From contig JAJDCL010000009.1 of NCBI GenBank assembly GCA_029260875.1, positions 103-64,102 of the forward strand: a stretch of DNA of 64,000 bases. Direction: 5' to 3'. Under the pieces are notes generated by a model. That model made no database searches and was not told the DNA's origin. It saw only the letters and a program-made list of their open reading frames with translations. Positions 1-9,934 of the stretch are shown piece by piece. The position numbers and the translations under genes were made by a program. Within the stretch, counting starts at the first letter, position 1; every line of letters begins with the position of its first letter. The stretch comes from Candidatus Saccharimonadota bacterium. GTDB taxonomy: Bacteria; Patescibacteriota; Saccharimonadia; Saccharimonadales; OFTM59.

Positions 1-79
1 GCCTACCATTTATGTTGCAAAGGTGTTGAGTTAGTACGAAATACTTGTATTATGCATTTTTTGTGCTATAGTAAGTACG

Positions 80-559
80 ATGAGTGATATCGCGAAATTT
101 TCAGAAAGAGCCGGAGCAGTAACGCGCGAGCTTTTTGATGTATTCGGGGTGCCAAAAAACGTCTCGGAAGGTATTGTTGGGTGTGTTGAGAGACACCTTT
201 ATGTGAGTGTGTTCGTGTCAGGAGCGCTGGGCGCGCTAATGCTTGCAAATATTGCTGGCTCCGATACAGCTAGAACAGGTATGGATGAGGCTGTCAGGAT
301 GTCGCGTTTTGGTGTTATGACCAGAGAAGGTCCAGTTGAGTGTTATGGCGAGGTCCCCATCACTCTGGATAAAGGCGATACTGTTGCAGGCGCGGTGCAG
401 GAAAATACAATTCTTGCAATTGGTGGGCCCGCCTCCAGACAGGTCGATCTTGCACCTGTCGCAAATGCTGTTGCGGGAGAAAACGGATTTCCTGATGCTT
501 CTATGATTCCTGCCAATACTGGTATCGTTTTACCATATGCCTGCGGGTTTGCTCCATGA
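80..559 (+). CDS. hypothetical protein (159 aa)
   Basis: Long ATG-initiated ORF upstream of the atp operon. No motif I recognise and no clear SD. Confidence 0.45.
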   Translation: MSDIAKFSERAGAVTRELFDVFGVPKNVSEGIVGCVERHLYVSVFVSGALGALMLANIAGSDTARTGMDEAVRMSRFGVMTREGPVECYGEVPITLDKGDTVAGAVQENTILAIGGPASRQVDLAPVANAVAGENGFPDASMIPANTGIVLPYACGFAP

Positions 560-596
560 TTTTAGTGCTACGCTAGAAACTTCTTAATTAATAGCG

Positions 597-626
597 TTGC
601 GCTATCCGGTAGGCCTCTGTTATAAT
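597..626 (+). promoter_or_regulatory. candidate sigma70-type promoter for the atp operon
   Basis: TTGCGC (597-602), 18-nt spacer, TATAAT (621-626), about 85 nt upstream of atpB. Confidence 0.3.
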
Positions 627-709
627 TAAGTCATAATTATGGGATACGCCGACACTACTTTGCCGACGATTACTGAGGTTGTTGCTAACAGCCTGGGGGG
701 TTGTATCTT

Positions 710-1558
710 GTGACCCAACTTTTTGCAGCTACCGATATTCACATCAGCCTAAAAGCAGAGCAGTTGTTTACTTTTGGTCCTTTAACCGTGACAAACTCTA
801 TGATCTACGGGCTACTCTGCGCAATTCTATTGGCGGCTGTCATGATTTTTGCCACCCGGCGGAGCAAGCTGCTGCCCGGCAAGAATCGCTTAACGGCTAT
901 AGTGGAAGCTATAACAGAATATGTGATTGGTGTTTTAGAAGGCGCGTTTGGGTCACGGGAAAAAGCGGCCAAATTTGCCCCTGTTTTTGGATTTTACTTT
1001 TTCTTTATTATTTTTAACAATATGCTCGGCCTGCTGCCGATCGTTGGCCCTGGGGTCTATAGCAGCATAGAAGGAGCTCATACTCCGCTCTTTCGTCCGT
1101 TTACGGCCGACCTAAACGGTACAATTGCGATGAGTGTTATAGCAATCATTATGGTCCAGTACCTTAGTATCAAAGAACAAGGTGGCAAGAAGCATTTGCA
1201 GCATTACTTTACTGATAAACCGAAAAACCCAATCAACTTCTTTATTGGCATCCTTGAGGTGTTCGGGGAATTCACGCGTATTCTTAGCCTTTCATTGCGA
1301 CTTTTTCTAAACACCGCTGTGGGGGAAATCCTGATAGCCGTCTTTACTTCTATGATTATTGCATCTGGCCGTACACCTATTGCTGTATTGCCCATACTGT
1401 TATTTGAGGCTCTGGTCGCGTATATTCAGGCGTATGTATTTACGGTGCTAGCGGGCACCTATCTGGGCATGGCTATATCCCATGCCGAACATCATGATGA
1501 ACACCAAGCAAGTTTAACCTCAGGCCAGGTCGAAGCCAGGGGGTTGCATGGTGGCTAA
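710..1558 (+). CDS. atpB: F0F1 ATP synthase subunit a
   Basis: Polytopic membrane protein with the subunit-a arginine motif LSLRLFLN. First gene of the a-c-b-delta-alpha-gamma-beta-epsilon order. The ORF track starts at TTG 701, but GGGGGG at 695-700 fits GTG 710 better. Confidence 0.9.
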   Translation: MTQLFAATDIHISLKAEQLFTFGPLTVTNSMIYGLLCAILLAAVMIFATRRSKLLPGKNRLTAIVEAITEYVIGVLEGAFGSREKAAKFAPVFGFYFFFIIFNNMLGLLPIVGPGVYSSIEGAHTPLFRPFTADLNGTIAMSVIAIIMVQYLSIKEQGGKKHLQHYFTDKPKNPINFFIGILEVFGEFTRILSLSLRLFLNTAVGEILIAVFTSMIIASGRTPIAVLPILLFEALVAYIQAYVFTVLAGTYLGMAISHAEHHDEHQASLTSGQVEARGLHGG

Positions 1559-1624
1559 CCATTTACAACTAAAAGGTAAAATTAATCCGGTACGCAATTT
1601 TAGCGTGACGGTAAAGGAGTAAAG

Positions 1625-1861
1625 ATGGTTGAATTATTTGCAGATGCAGCAAGCTCACTAGCGATTTCTAAGGGAATCATGCTGGGTGTAGCTTTTGCTG
1701 CCGCCGCACTGGGCCTAGGTCTGGTTGGCTCAAGTTATATGAAGGCATTGGGACGAAACCCAGAAGCCGGCAAGGCTGCTACGTCAGTCGTGATCATCGC
1801 CGCGATGATTGAGGTAACTGCGCTTTTGGCCTTCCTGCTAGGCGCCTTCCTGCTAGGCTAA
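1625..1861 (+). CDS. atpE: F0F1 ATP synthase subunit c
   Basis: 78-aa two-helix hairpin with a GRNPE loop and a conserved carboxylate in helix 2 (MIEVTAL). AAGGAG SD upstream. Confidence 0.95.
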   Translation: MVELFADAASSLAISKGIMLGVAFAAAALGLGLVGSSYMKALGRNPEAGKAATSVVIIAAMIEVTALLAFLLGAFLLG

Positions 1862-1883
1862 GAGAATAAATTAAGGAGATATA

Positions 1884-2459
1884 GTGACAGAACTGCTTTA
1901 CAGAATTGTAGCTCAAACAAGCGAGCACGGACCGACGGCCGAACACGCTGAAGAGGCGGGTGGTATCGGTGCGCTGGGGTTAGACCCACTGGCGATTTTG
2001 GCGCAGGCTGTCACTTTTCTTCTGCTTTTTTGGATTATTAAGCGATTTGCGCTAGAGAAAATTGTAAATACCCTTGAAGAACGCCGAAAGACAATTGATA
2101 AAGGGGTCCGCCTCGGAATTCATATGCAGGTCGAGCAAGACAAGCTTGCTGATACTATCGAACAAAAACTGCAAGGGGTACGCAAAAAAGCCGACATTAT
2201 TCTGGCAGAAGCAAATCAAGAGGCTGGCGCTATCGTCAAGCAGGCCGAAGCGACGGCGCAAACCAGCGTAGACACAATGTTGTCTGATGCTCGTGCGCGG
2301 ATAGAGGATGATGTCCAAAAAGCTAAGCGTGAGCTGAAGAAAGAGACAATTGACCTAGTGGCAGCTGCAACAGAAATTATAATTGACGAAAAACTTGATG
2401 CTCAAAAAGACAGTGAGCTGATTGAGCGCGCACTTGAGGGAGCTAACAGAAATGGCTAA
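1884..2459 (+). CDS. atpF: F0F1 ATP synthase subunit b
   Basis: One N-terminal TM segment followed by a long charged helix. Operon position fits. AAGGAG SD before GTG 1884. Confidence 0.85.
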   Translation: MTELLYRIVAQTSEHGPTAEHAEEAGGIGALGLDPLAILAQAVTFLLLFWIIKRFALEKIVNTLEERRKTIDKGVRLGIHMQVEQDKLADTIEQKLQGVRKKADIILAEANQEAGAIVKQAEATAQTSVDTMLSDARARIEDDVQKAKRELKKETIDLVAAATEIIIDEKLDAQKDSELIERALEGANRNG

Positions 2460-2844
2460 AGCATCAGTCAAGCAGCTTTCAGAAGCAATTTACGCGTTGA
2501 TTAAGCAGGCCAAAACACAGGAAGAGCTGTCTAAAACCATAGCAGCCTATCTTGTTGCCGAGCAGCAAACCAAAGACACTGACCGTATACTGCGCGAAGT
2601 TGAACGGCTTAGGTACGAACGCGATGGTGTGCTGGAAGTTGTTACGACCGCGCGCAGAAGCCTGAATGAATCAACTAAGCAAGCAATTTCACAAATTTTT
2701 GAAGCAAAGAACAGTAAAATAATAGAACAGACCGACGAAAATTTGGTCGGCGGCGTTAGTATCCAGGCTTTGGACAAATGGCTTGATCTGAGTATCCGTG
2801 GCCGACTAAATCAACTCAAGAACACTAACTTAGGTAAGGGATAA
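2452..2844 (+). CDS. atpH: F0F1 ATP synthase subunit delta (short, ~130 aa)
   Basis: Lies between b and alpha. The C-terminus [22 protein letters not shown] resembles OSCP/delta. ATG 2452 overlaps the atpF stop, whereas the ORF track begins at 2422. Confidence 0.75.
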   Translation: MAKASVKQLSEAIYALIKQAKTQEELSKTIAAYLVAEQQTKDTDRILREVERLRYERDGVLEVVTTARRSLNESTKQAISQIFEAKNSKIIEQTDENLVGGVSIQALDKWLDLSIRGRLNQLKNTNLGKG

Positions 2845-2846
2845 GC

Positions 2847-4412
2847 ATGGCACAATCTGACATATCGGTTAAAGAACTATCAAGTGATGTCCGTAAAGCA
2901 ATTGAACAGCTCAAGGTACGACCTGAAATTGAATCTGTTGGTATCGTAACCCGCATTGGTGATGGAATTGCTTGGGTTTATGGTCTACGCGACGCCGGTT
3001 TTAACGAAATGATAGAAATTGAGTCGGAAACCGGGCATGTCACCGCCTTTGCATTGAACTTGGGCGAAGACGAGATTGGCGCAGTACTGCTTGGCGATGA
3101 CCGCTACGTTAAGGCTGGGGCCAAGGTGCGCCGAACGGGTAAGATTCTGGAAGTGCCAGTTGGGCCAGAGCTGGTTGGTAGAGTTGTTAGCCCGTTAGGT
3201 GAGCCGTTGGATGAAAAAGGCCCGATTAAGGCTAGTCACAAGGGCCTCGTTGAGCAAGCTGCCCCTGGAGTTTTGGACCGCAAAAGTGTGCACGAGCCTT
3301 TGATGACCGGGCTGCTGGCTATTGACTCTATGGTGCCAATTGGTCGTGGCCAGCGCGAGCTTATCATCGGTGACCGTCAGACTGGTAAAACTGCTGTGGC
3401 GATCGACACCATGATCAACCAGCATCGCCAGCAAACCGGTGTAATTAACATTTATGTAGCTATCGGACAAAAGCTAAGTAAGGTTGCCCGAATTATTGAG
3501 AGGCTTAAGCGTGAGGGCGTGATGGATCAGACGATCATCATTGCCACGAGCGCTAGCGACCCTGCCTCATTGCAGTACCTAGCGCCCTACGCTGGAACCG
3601 CTATGGGTGAATACTTCCGTGACAACGGTCAACACGCCTTGATTATCTACGACGACCTCACCAAACACGCGGCTGCTTACCGCCAAATGTCACTATTGCT
3701 TCGCCGTCCACCCGGCCGTGAAGCCTACCCTGGCGATGTGTTTTACCTGCATTCACGCTTGCTTGAACGCTCGGCTAAATTGAGTGACGAGAAAGGGGCT
3801 GGTTCACTTACTGCCCTGCCGATTATTGAGACTCAGGCTGGTGATATTAGCGCGTACATCCCGACCAACGTGATTTCTATTACTGACGGTCAGATTTTCA
3901 TGGAAACCAACTTGTTTTATCAGGGTATCCGCCCGGCTATCTCTGTCGGTTTGTCCGTCTCACGTGTTGGTGGCGCTGCACAGACCAAGGCTGTTAAGAG
4001 TGTGGCTGGTCCCTTGCGACTTAATCTGGCCCAGTTCCGTGAACTGGCTGCCTTTGCTCAGTTCTCTACTGATTTAGATGCCGAGACTAAGCAGCGTATC
4101 GAACGCGGTCAGCGTCTTACCGAACTACTAAAGCAGCCACAGTATTCGCCGCTCAGTGTTTGGGAGCAAACGGCAATCCTGATGGCAGCAAACGACGGTG
4201 CCTTTGACCAAATTGAACTAAAAGACATTAAGAAAGCTCAACAAGCATTACTGACTACACTGCACCGCGAACACAGAAAAGCTATGGACGCCTTGGATAA
4301 AGGCGACAAACCAACCGACGGCATCATCAAAACTGTTACTGAGACAGCAAAGCAAATAGCAAAGAGCTATATTAAGAGCGATAAATCAACGGGTGTGGAG
4401 CAAGAAGAATAA
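2847..4412 (+). CDS. atpA: F0F1 ATP synthase subunit alpha
   Basis: Walker A GDRQTGKT and [11 protein letters not shown], with full-length alpha-like sequence. Confidence 0.97.
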   Translation: MAQSDISVKELSSDVRKAIEQLKVRPEIESVGIVTRIGDGIAWVYGLRDAGFNEMIEIESETGHVTAFALNLGEDEIGAVLLGDDRYVKAGAKVRRTGKILEVPVGPELVGRVVSPLGEPLDEKGPIKASHKGLVEQAAPGVLDRKSVHEPLMTGLLAIDSMVPIGRGQRELIIGDRQTGKTAVAIDTMINQHRQQTGVINIYVAIGQKLSKVARIIERLKREGVMDQTIIIATSASDPASLQYLAPYAGTAMGEYFRDNGQHALIIYDDLTKHAAAYRQMSLLLRRPPGREAYPGDVFYLHSRLLERSAKLSDEKGAGSLTALPIIETQAGDISAYIPTNVISITDGQIFMETNLFYQGIRPAISVGLSVSRVGGAAQTKAVKSVAGPLRLNLAQFRELAAFAQFSTDLDAETKQRIERGQRLTELLKQPQYSPLSVWEQTAILMAANDGAFDQIELKDIKKAQQALLTTLHREHRKAMDALDKGDKPTDGIIKTVTETAKQIAKSYIKSDKSTGVEQEE

Positions 4413-4414
4413 TT

Positions 4415-4780
4415 ATGGCAATCGATAACTTCGGAATACCTAATGTGGATACTCGGACGCCTGAATATGACCCAGAAAAACAGTTTCATCTGCGTTTTGA
4501 CAGACTTCAAGAATTGATTACAGAAGATACGCTTTTTGCGGGCGATATCCACGGATATATCACGAGTCTTGCGACTTTTACGATGTCGGCGTTACGGTCT
4601 GGTATTGACATGGCAAGGCGTGACAAGGAGCCGATTGAAAGCATATTGACTACTTCAGGGTTGGATATAATCCAGAATGCACTTTACGTCGCTCTCACCA
4701 ACCCAGAAGTACGACGCAGTATCGTAATTTCAGAACAGATGCAACAAAAGAGATTAAAGGGTGCGGAGAAAGAGCAGTAG
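4415..4780 (+). CDS. hypothetical protein (121 aa) inserted between atpA and atpG
   Basis: The ATG lies 2 nt after the atpA stop, suggesting translational coupling. No recognisable motif, and not a canonical ATP synthase subunit. Confidence 0.6.
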   Translation: MAIDNFGIPNVDTRTPEYDPEKQFHLRFDRLQELITEDTLFAGDIHGYITSLATFTMSALRSGIDMARRDKEPIESILTTSGLDIIQNALYVALTNPEVRRSIVISEQMQQKRLKGAEKEQ

Positions 4781-4782
4781 TC

Positions 4783-4872
4783 GGAATATGAAATACGAAA
4801 TACGAAATATGGGAGAGCGGCAGGTGGCTATTACGACTAATCCCCTTTTTGCATTTTGCATTTTACATTTTA
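4783..4872 (+). repeat. two heptanucleotide tandem arrays separated by ~34 nt
   Basis: GGAATAT GAAATAC GAAATAC GAAATAT (4783-4810) and CTTTTTG CATTTTG CATTTTA CATTTTA (4845-4872), read directly from the sequence. Confidence 0.85.
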
Positions 4873-4897
4873 CTAAAAGCACCAGAGGTGCTGCCTG

Positions 4898-5764
4898 ATG
4901 GCACAGACGACGGCGCTTAAGCGCAGAATTACCAGCGTAAAGAATACCAGGCAGATTACCAAAGCTATGGAGCTAGTGGCTGCCAGTAAAATGCGTCGTG
5001 CCCAAGAAAACGCCTTGCGCAGCCGCGAATATCGCAATCTTGCCCGTGCAATTCTGACGCGTATTTCTGAGCTAACCGATGTCACTAAGCATCCGCTATA
5101 TGCCAAGCGAACCATCAAAACCCGCCTGTACATTATTGTCACGAGTGACCGAGGATTAGCTGGCGCATACAATAGTAATCTTTTCCGGCAGCTAACTACT
5201 GAATTGCAGGCAGATCAGGCTCAAAAAATTCAAAGCCAGGTTATCGCAATCGGTAAACAAGGCGCAAAATTCTTGGCTCGTTTTAAGGACGTTGAAGTCA
5301 CAGCTGTGTATGAAAATTTTCCGGACTACCCGACGGCTAATGATATTCGTCCTATTCTAAATACTATTATAGAGAGCTACACAGCTAAGGACGTCCATAC
5401 TGTAGATATTTTGTACACGGACTATAAATCATCTATCTCCCAGGTTGTAACGAGTGACCGGTTATTGCCAGCAGTTTTTGAGGCTGTGCCTATCCCTAAA
5501 GATCTTGAAGCCGCCGAGTTTGAGCCTTCTGCGGAAGTAGTCTTAGATAACATTACAGAGCGGATTATAGAAGTCCAGCTATCACAGGCTTTGCTGGAAT
5601 CTAAAGCCAGCGAACAGTCTATGCGCATGATGGCTATGAAGAATGCCTCAGATAATGCCGGCGAGATCATAGACGACCTGACCCTGGCCTTTAACACGGC
5701 CCGCCAGGCAGCCATCACTCAGGAATTAGCAGAGATAACCGGCGGCGCGGAGGCTATAAAATGA
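4898..5764 (+). CDS. atpG: F0F1 ATP synthase subunit gamma
   Basis: N-terminus KRRITSVKNTRQITKAMELVAASKMRRAQ and C-terminus ITQELAEITGGAEA are typical of gamma. Confidence 0.95.
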   Translation: MAQTTALKRRITSVKNTRQITKAMELVAASKMRRAQENALRSREYRNLARAILTRISELTDVTKHPLYAKRTIKTRLYIIVTSDRGLAGAYNSNLFRQLTTELQADQAQKIQSQVIAIGKQGAKFLARFKDVEVTAVYENFPDYPTANDIRPILNTIIESYTAKDVHTVDILYTDYKSSISQVVTSDRLLPAVFEAVPIPKDLEAAEFEPSAEVVLDNITERIIEVQLSQALLESKASEQSMRMMAMKNASDNAGEIIDDLTLAFNTARQAAITQELAEITGGAEAIK

Positions 5765-5783
5765 TGATAATTGAAGGAGTTAA

Positions 5784-7171
<1,388 letters not shown>

Positions 7172-7172
<1 letters not shown>

Positions 7173-7600
7173 TGATTCACTTTGAGCTTGTGACGTTAGA
7201 CGGAGTAAAATTCAAACAATCCGTCTACGAGGTCCAGTTACCAACGACGGAGGGTGTTATAGGTGTTTTTAAGGACCACTCTCCGCTTGTGGCTATGGCG
7301 GTTCCTGGCGTAATTAAAGTTCGCCATAAGGCTGGCGAGCCAGACGACCTGCAAGATTTTATTGCCACTAACGGCGGGGTTATCGAGGTTGGCAACGATA
7401 ATGTTCGTGTGCTTGTTGACGAAGCAGACCTAGCTGATGAGATTAACGAGAAAGAAGCCGAAGAAGCCCATAAGTTAGCCCTTAAGTTGCGTAGTGAGGC
7501 TAAAGACCAAACATCGCTTGATCACGCTCAAAGCCTAATCGACCGTTCATCCGTACGGCTGCAGGTAGCCAACCTCAAGCGTCACCGCCGCCACCGCTAA
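7172..7600 (+). CDS. atpC: F0F1 ATP synthase subunit epsilon
   Basis: ATGA overlap with atpD. Has the epsilon-like N-terminal beta domain followed by helices, and the operon position fits. Confidence 0.9.
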
Positions 7601-8058
7601 GCCGCAGTTGGAGGCTCTGTGGCCCCAGCAAACGCGGCTTCAAGAGAGGAAATCTCGCACATAGTGCTACCTATGTCGCTAGCGGTCTGGCTTGCTCCTA
7701 GTCTTACGCTCCTGGCGACTAAAGTAATAAGGTTGGATTGACTTAATACGTATGCGCCATCCTCGGTCCTGGGCCACTCCGACTTAAGTTCATCTATAAC
7801 CCTTTCTATCTGTACTTCAGTATGCTCAAGGATCCGTGAGCCTGCACGCCTAAGGTCTAATAACAGCTGTTCCCTCTTGCGTGGCTTATTATTTCCCCAT
7901 CTCCCACAACCGGAAGAGCATTGGCCCTGTTTGTTATTTCTTCTCTACGACCTGTAGGAGACGGCATGGATTACCTCATGGTAAAAAGTACACACGGCAA
8001 TTACTTGCATGTTACTACTGTTCACAGTAAAATTATAGGTAAGAATTATTAAAATAAA

Positions 8059-8074
8059 TGTGATTATTATCACA
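8059..8074. promoter_or_regulatory. CRP/FNR-type palindrome TGTGA-N6-TCACA
   Basis: AAATGTGATTATTATCACA. Both half sites are perfect with a 6-nt spacer. The element lies 27 nt upstream of ATG 8101. Confidence 0.5.
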
Positions 8075-8100
8075 CAGTAATTGTGAAGGGTGAAGTGTTT

Positions 8101-9057
8101 ATGCCTAATGAAATTGATTTGAATCCTGAAACGTTGAGAAGAGTTAGCAGCCTGCGCATTACTGATGGGCTTGGCTTTGGGGAGGGAGGAATATCCCATA
8201 CCGAACGCAAGGATGTAACCCCAGAGATACTGGCACGTGTTGAAAACTTGCTTACATCACCAGATATACTGATCCCCGTAGATGCGGATGACGATGGCTG
8301 CGGCGATGGTCGTGAAGTCGGTGTTATATATGAGGGTGATGAAATCCGTAAACATTCACTCAATCGTTCAAAAGTTTTTGGCGGAGGCGCTATGATGTCC
8401 GCTGCTGCACGTATCGGGCTTGGGCATGCCAAAGGCGAAAATCTTCACCAAACTATTGATGAGGCTAAAAGCCTTCTTATTGACCGCGGTCTCCCCTATG
8501 GTGCTCATACTGGTCCGCATGCCAATGAAGAAAAAAGTGACTGCGGTGCGATCGACAACGCACCAATTATCGTTAGCAATGTAGAAAAATACCGTAACGA
8601 AATTGCGGGCACAATTACAGCTTTAGGCATAGACACTACGGGGCTTGACGAAGTTATTGATGCTTTTGGCGAGTACGGTGAAGCTATACAGGAACAAGAT
8701 TATAGTGGTGCGAAAGTCGTGGAAGGGATTAGACGCGAAGGCCGAGTAGTTAAAGCGCTAAAGGCTGAACATCTTGAAATGTATATAGTTCTTAATAACG
8801 TGCGTGGAATGACCATAAACCAGGAGAAAGTACGCGAAATCAGCGGTGGTATGGTCCAGGTTTTCGGTGTGGATATATGGCGCATGCAAGAGCAAGCTGG
8901 TTTTGTGTATCCAGAAGACAAAGGTTTTAGTGATGCTGATCGTCACGAAGCATTTCTTAGTGAACTATCCTATACGCTCTCAACAGCAGCTACGCTTACA
9001 AAGGGCGATTTGCCTGTTTATATGGTAAGTTCGCAGCCTGAACTTATAGCTGCATAA
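8101..9057 (+). CDS. hypothetical soluble protein (318 aa), enzyme-like, function unknown
   Basis: Long ORF. ATG 8101 is preferred over GTG 8083 because of the purine-rich AAGGGTGAAG upstream. Contains DDDGCGDGR and SDCGAID motifs. Confidence 0.7.
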   Translation: MPNEIDLNPETLRRVSSLRITDGLGFGEGGISHTERKDVTPEILARVENLLTSPDILIPVDADDDGCGDGREVGVIYEGDEIRKHSLNRSKVFGGGAMMSAAARIGLGHAKGENLHQTIDEAKSLLIDRGLPYGAHTGPHANEEKSDCGAIDNAPIIVSNVEKYRNEIAGTITALGIDTTGLDEVIDAFGEYGEAIQEQDYSGAKVVEGIRREGRVVKALKAEHLEMYIVLNNVRGMTINQEKVREISGGMVQVFGVDIWRMQEQAGFVYPEDKGFSDADRHEAFLSELSYTLSTAATLTKGDLPVYMVSSQPELIAA

Positions 9058-9141
9058 AAGCTGGTTCTTACGAAATTTATTTGTAATATAGACAAAATAG
9101 TCTATTCTTAAAATATACAAAGTTTTAAGTGGAGGTTTTAG

Positions 9142-9879
9142 ATGTTTGGGAGACAAAAAGTAGCTGCTTTGGTGGCTGAATTTGTCGGTACTGCTACATT
9201 GGTTTCAGTAGTACTGGCAACAATTTATGGACGGACTGGGTTCCCTCTGTTTATAGCGCTGGCCGCTGGCTTGACGGTTGGTCTGATGCTTCTTGTTTTG
9301 GGCCCGATTTCTGGAGCACACATCAACCCGGTTGTGACGATTGGCTTATGGACAACGCGCAAGATACAAACAACGCAGGCTGTTGTTTATGTCGCCGCAC
9401 AGATGCTGGGCGCAGTAGCTGCATGGCAGCTGGCGGAGTTTTTGCTAAACCGTCCACTTCAGAATACAGCTGGCGACAGTCTTGATTGGCGGATTTTGAT
9501 CGCAGAAGCAGTCGGTGCGTTTATTTTTACAACCGCACTAGCAGCTGCAATTTCCCGGGCGTATGCTGGGGTGAGACTAGCATTAACTGCCGGATTCGGA
9601 TTTGCGTTTGGAATGTTGATAGCTTCCCTGGCCTCAAACGGGCTGATTAACCCTGCGCTTGCACTAGGTATGCAATCTTGGAGCTGGGCTTACCTGTTAG
9701 GGCCTTTAGCAGGCGCAGTAATAGGCATGAACCTATATGGGCTTGTGTTTGAACCTATTGATAACCCAAAACCAAGAACTGTTAAAGCAGCTGTAACTGC
9801 AGCTTCTAAAAAAGTTAAAACGACAGCAAAGAAAACTAAAAAGCGTGTTACTAAGAGCGTCGCTAAGAAAAAGAAATAA
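9142..9879 (+). CDS. MIP-family channel (aquaporin/glycerol facilitator-like) with a lysine-rich C-terminal tail
   Basis: Six TM segments and two NPx boxes (HINPVVTIG, LINPALALG). GGAGG SD upstream. The tail reads KKVKTTAKKTKKRVTKSVAKKKK. Confidence 0.88.
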   Translation: MFGRQKVAALVAEFVGTATLVSVVLATIYGRTGFPLFIALAAGLTVGLMLLVLGPISGAHINPVVTIGLWTTRKIQTTQAVVYVAAQMLGAVAAWQLAEFLLNRPLQNTAGDSLDWRILIAEAVGAFIFTTALAAAISRAYAGVRLALTAGFGFAFGMLIASLASNGLINPALALGMQSWSWAYLLGPLAGAVIGMNLYGLVFEPIDNPKPRTVKAAVTAASKKVKTTAKKTKKRVTKSVAKKKK

Positions 9880-9906
9880 CTAGTCGTTTTGACGCAACAC
9901 TAGGAA

Positions 9907-9934
9907 GAGCTCCGTAAATGGGGCTCTTTTATAT
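9907..9934 (+). terminator. intrinsic terminator after the aquaporin gene (possibly bidirectional)
   Basis: GAGCTCC gtaaat GGGGCTC followed by TTTTATATTTT. It overlaps the stop of the convergent helicase gene. Confidence 0.6.

Noticed and set aside
7601-7960. Tested by eye whether the long post-atpC spacer is tmRNA, RNase P RNA, SRP RNA or 6S RNA on either strand.
   Set aside because: No GGUUCGA-type T-arm with an ...CCACCA end (tmRNA). No GAGGAAAGUCC or ACAGAA core (RNase P). Only a loose CCGGAAGAGCA resemblance to the SRP GGAAG motif. A covariance-model search is needed before any call.
7945-8199. 84-aa minus-strand ORF in the ORF track.
   Set aside because: Low-complexity, AT-driven sequence overlapping the start of the 8101 gene and the CRP-like site. 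No SD.
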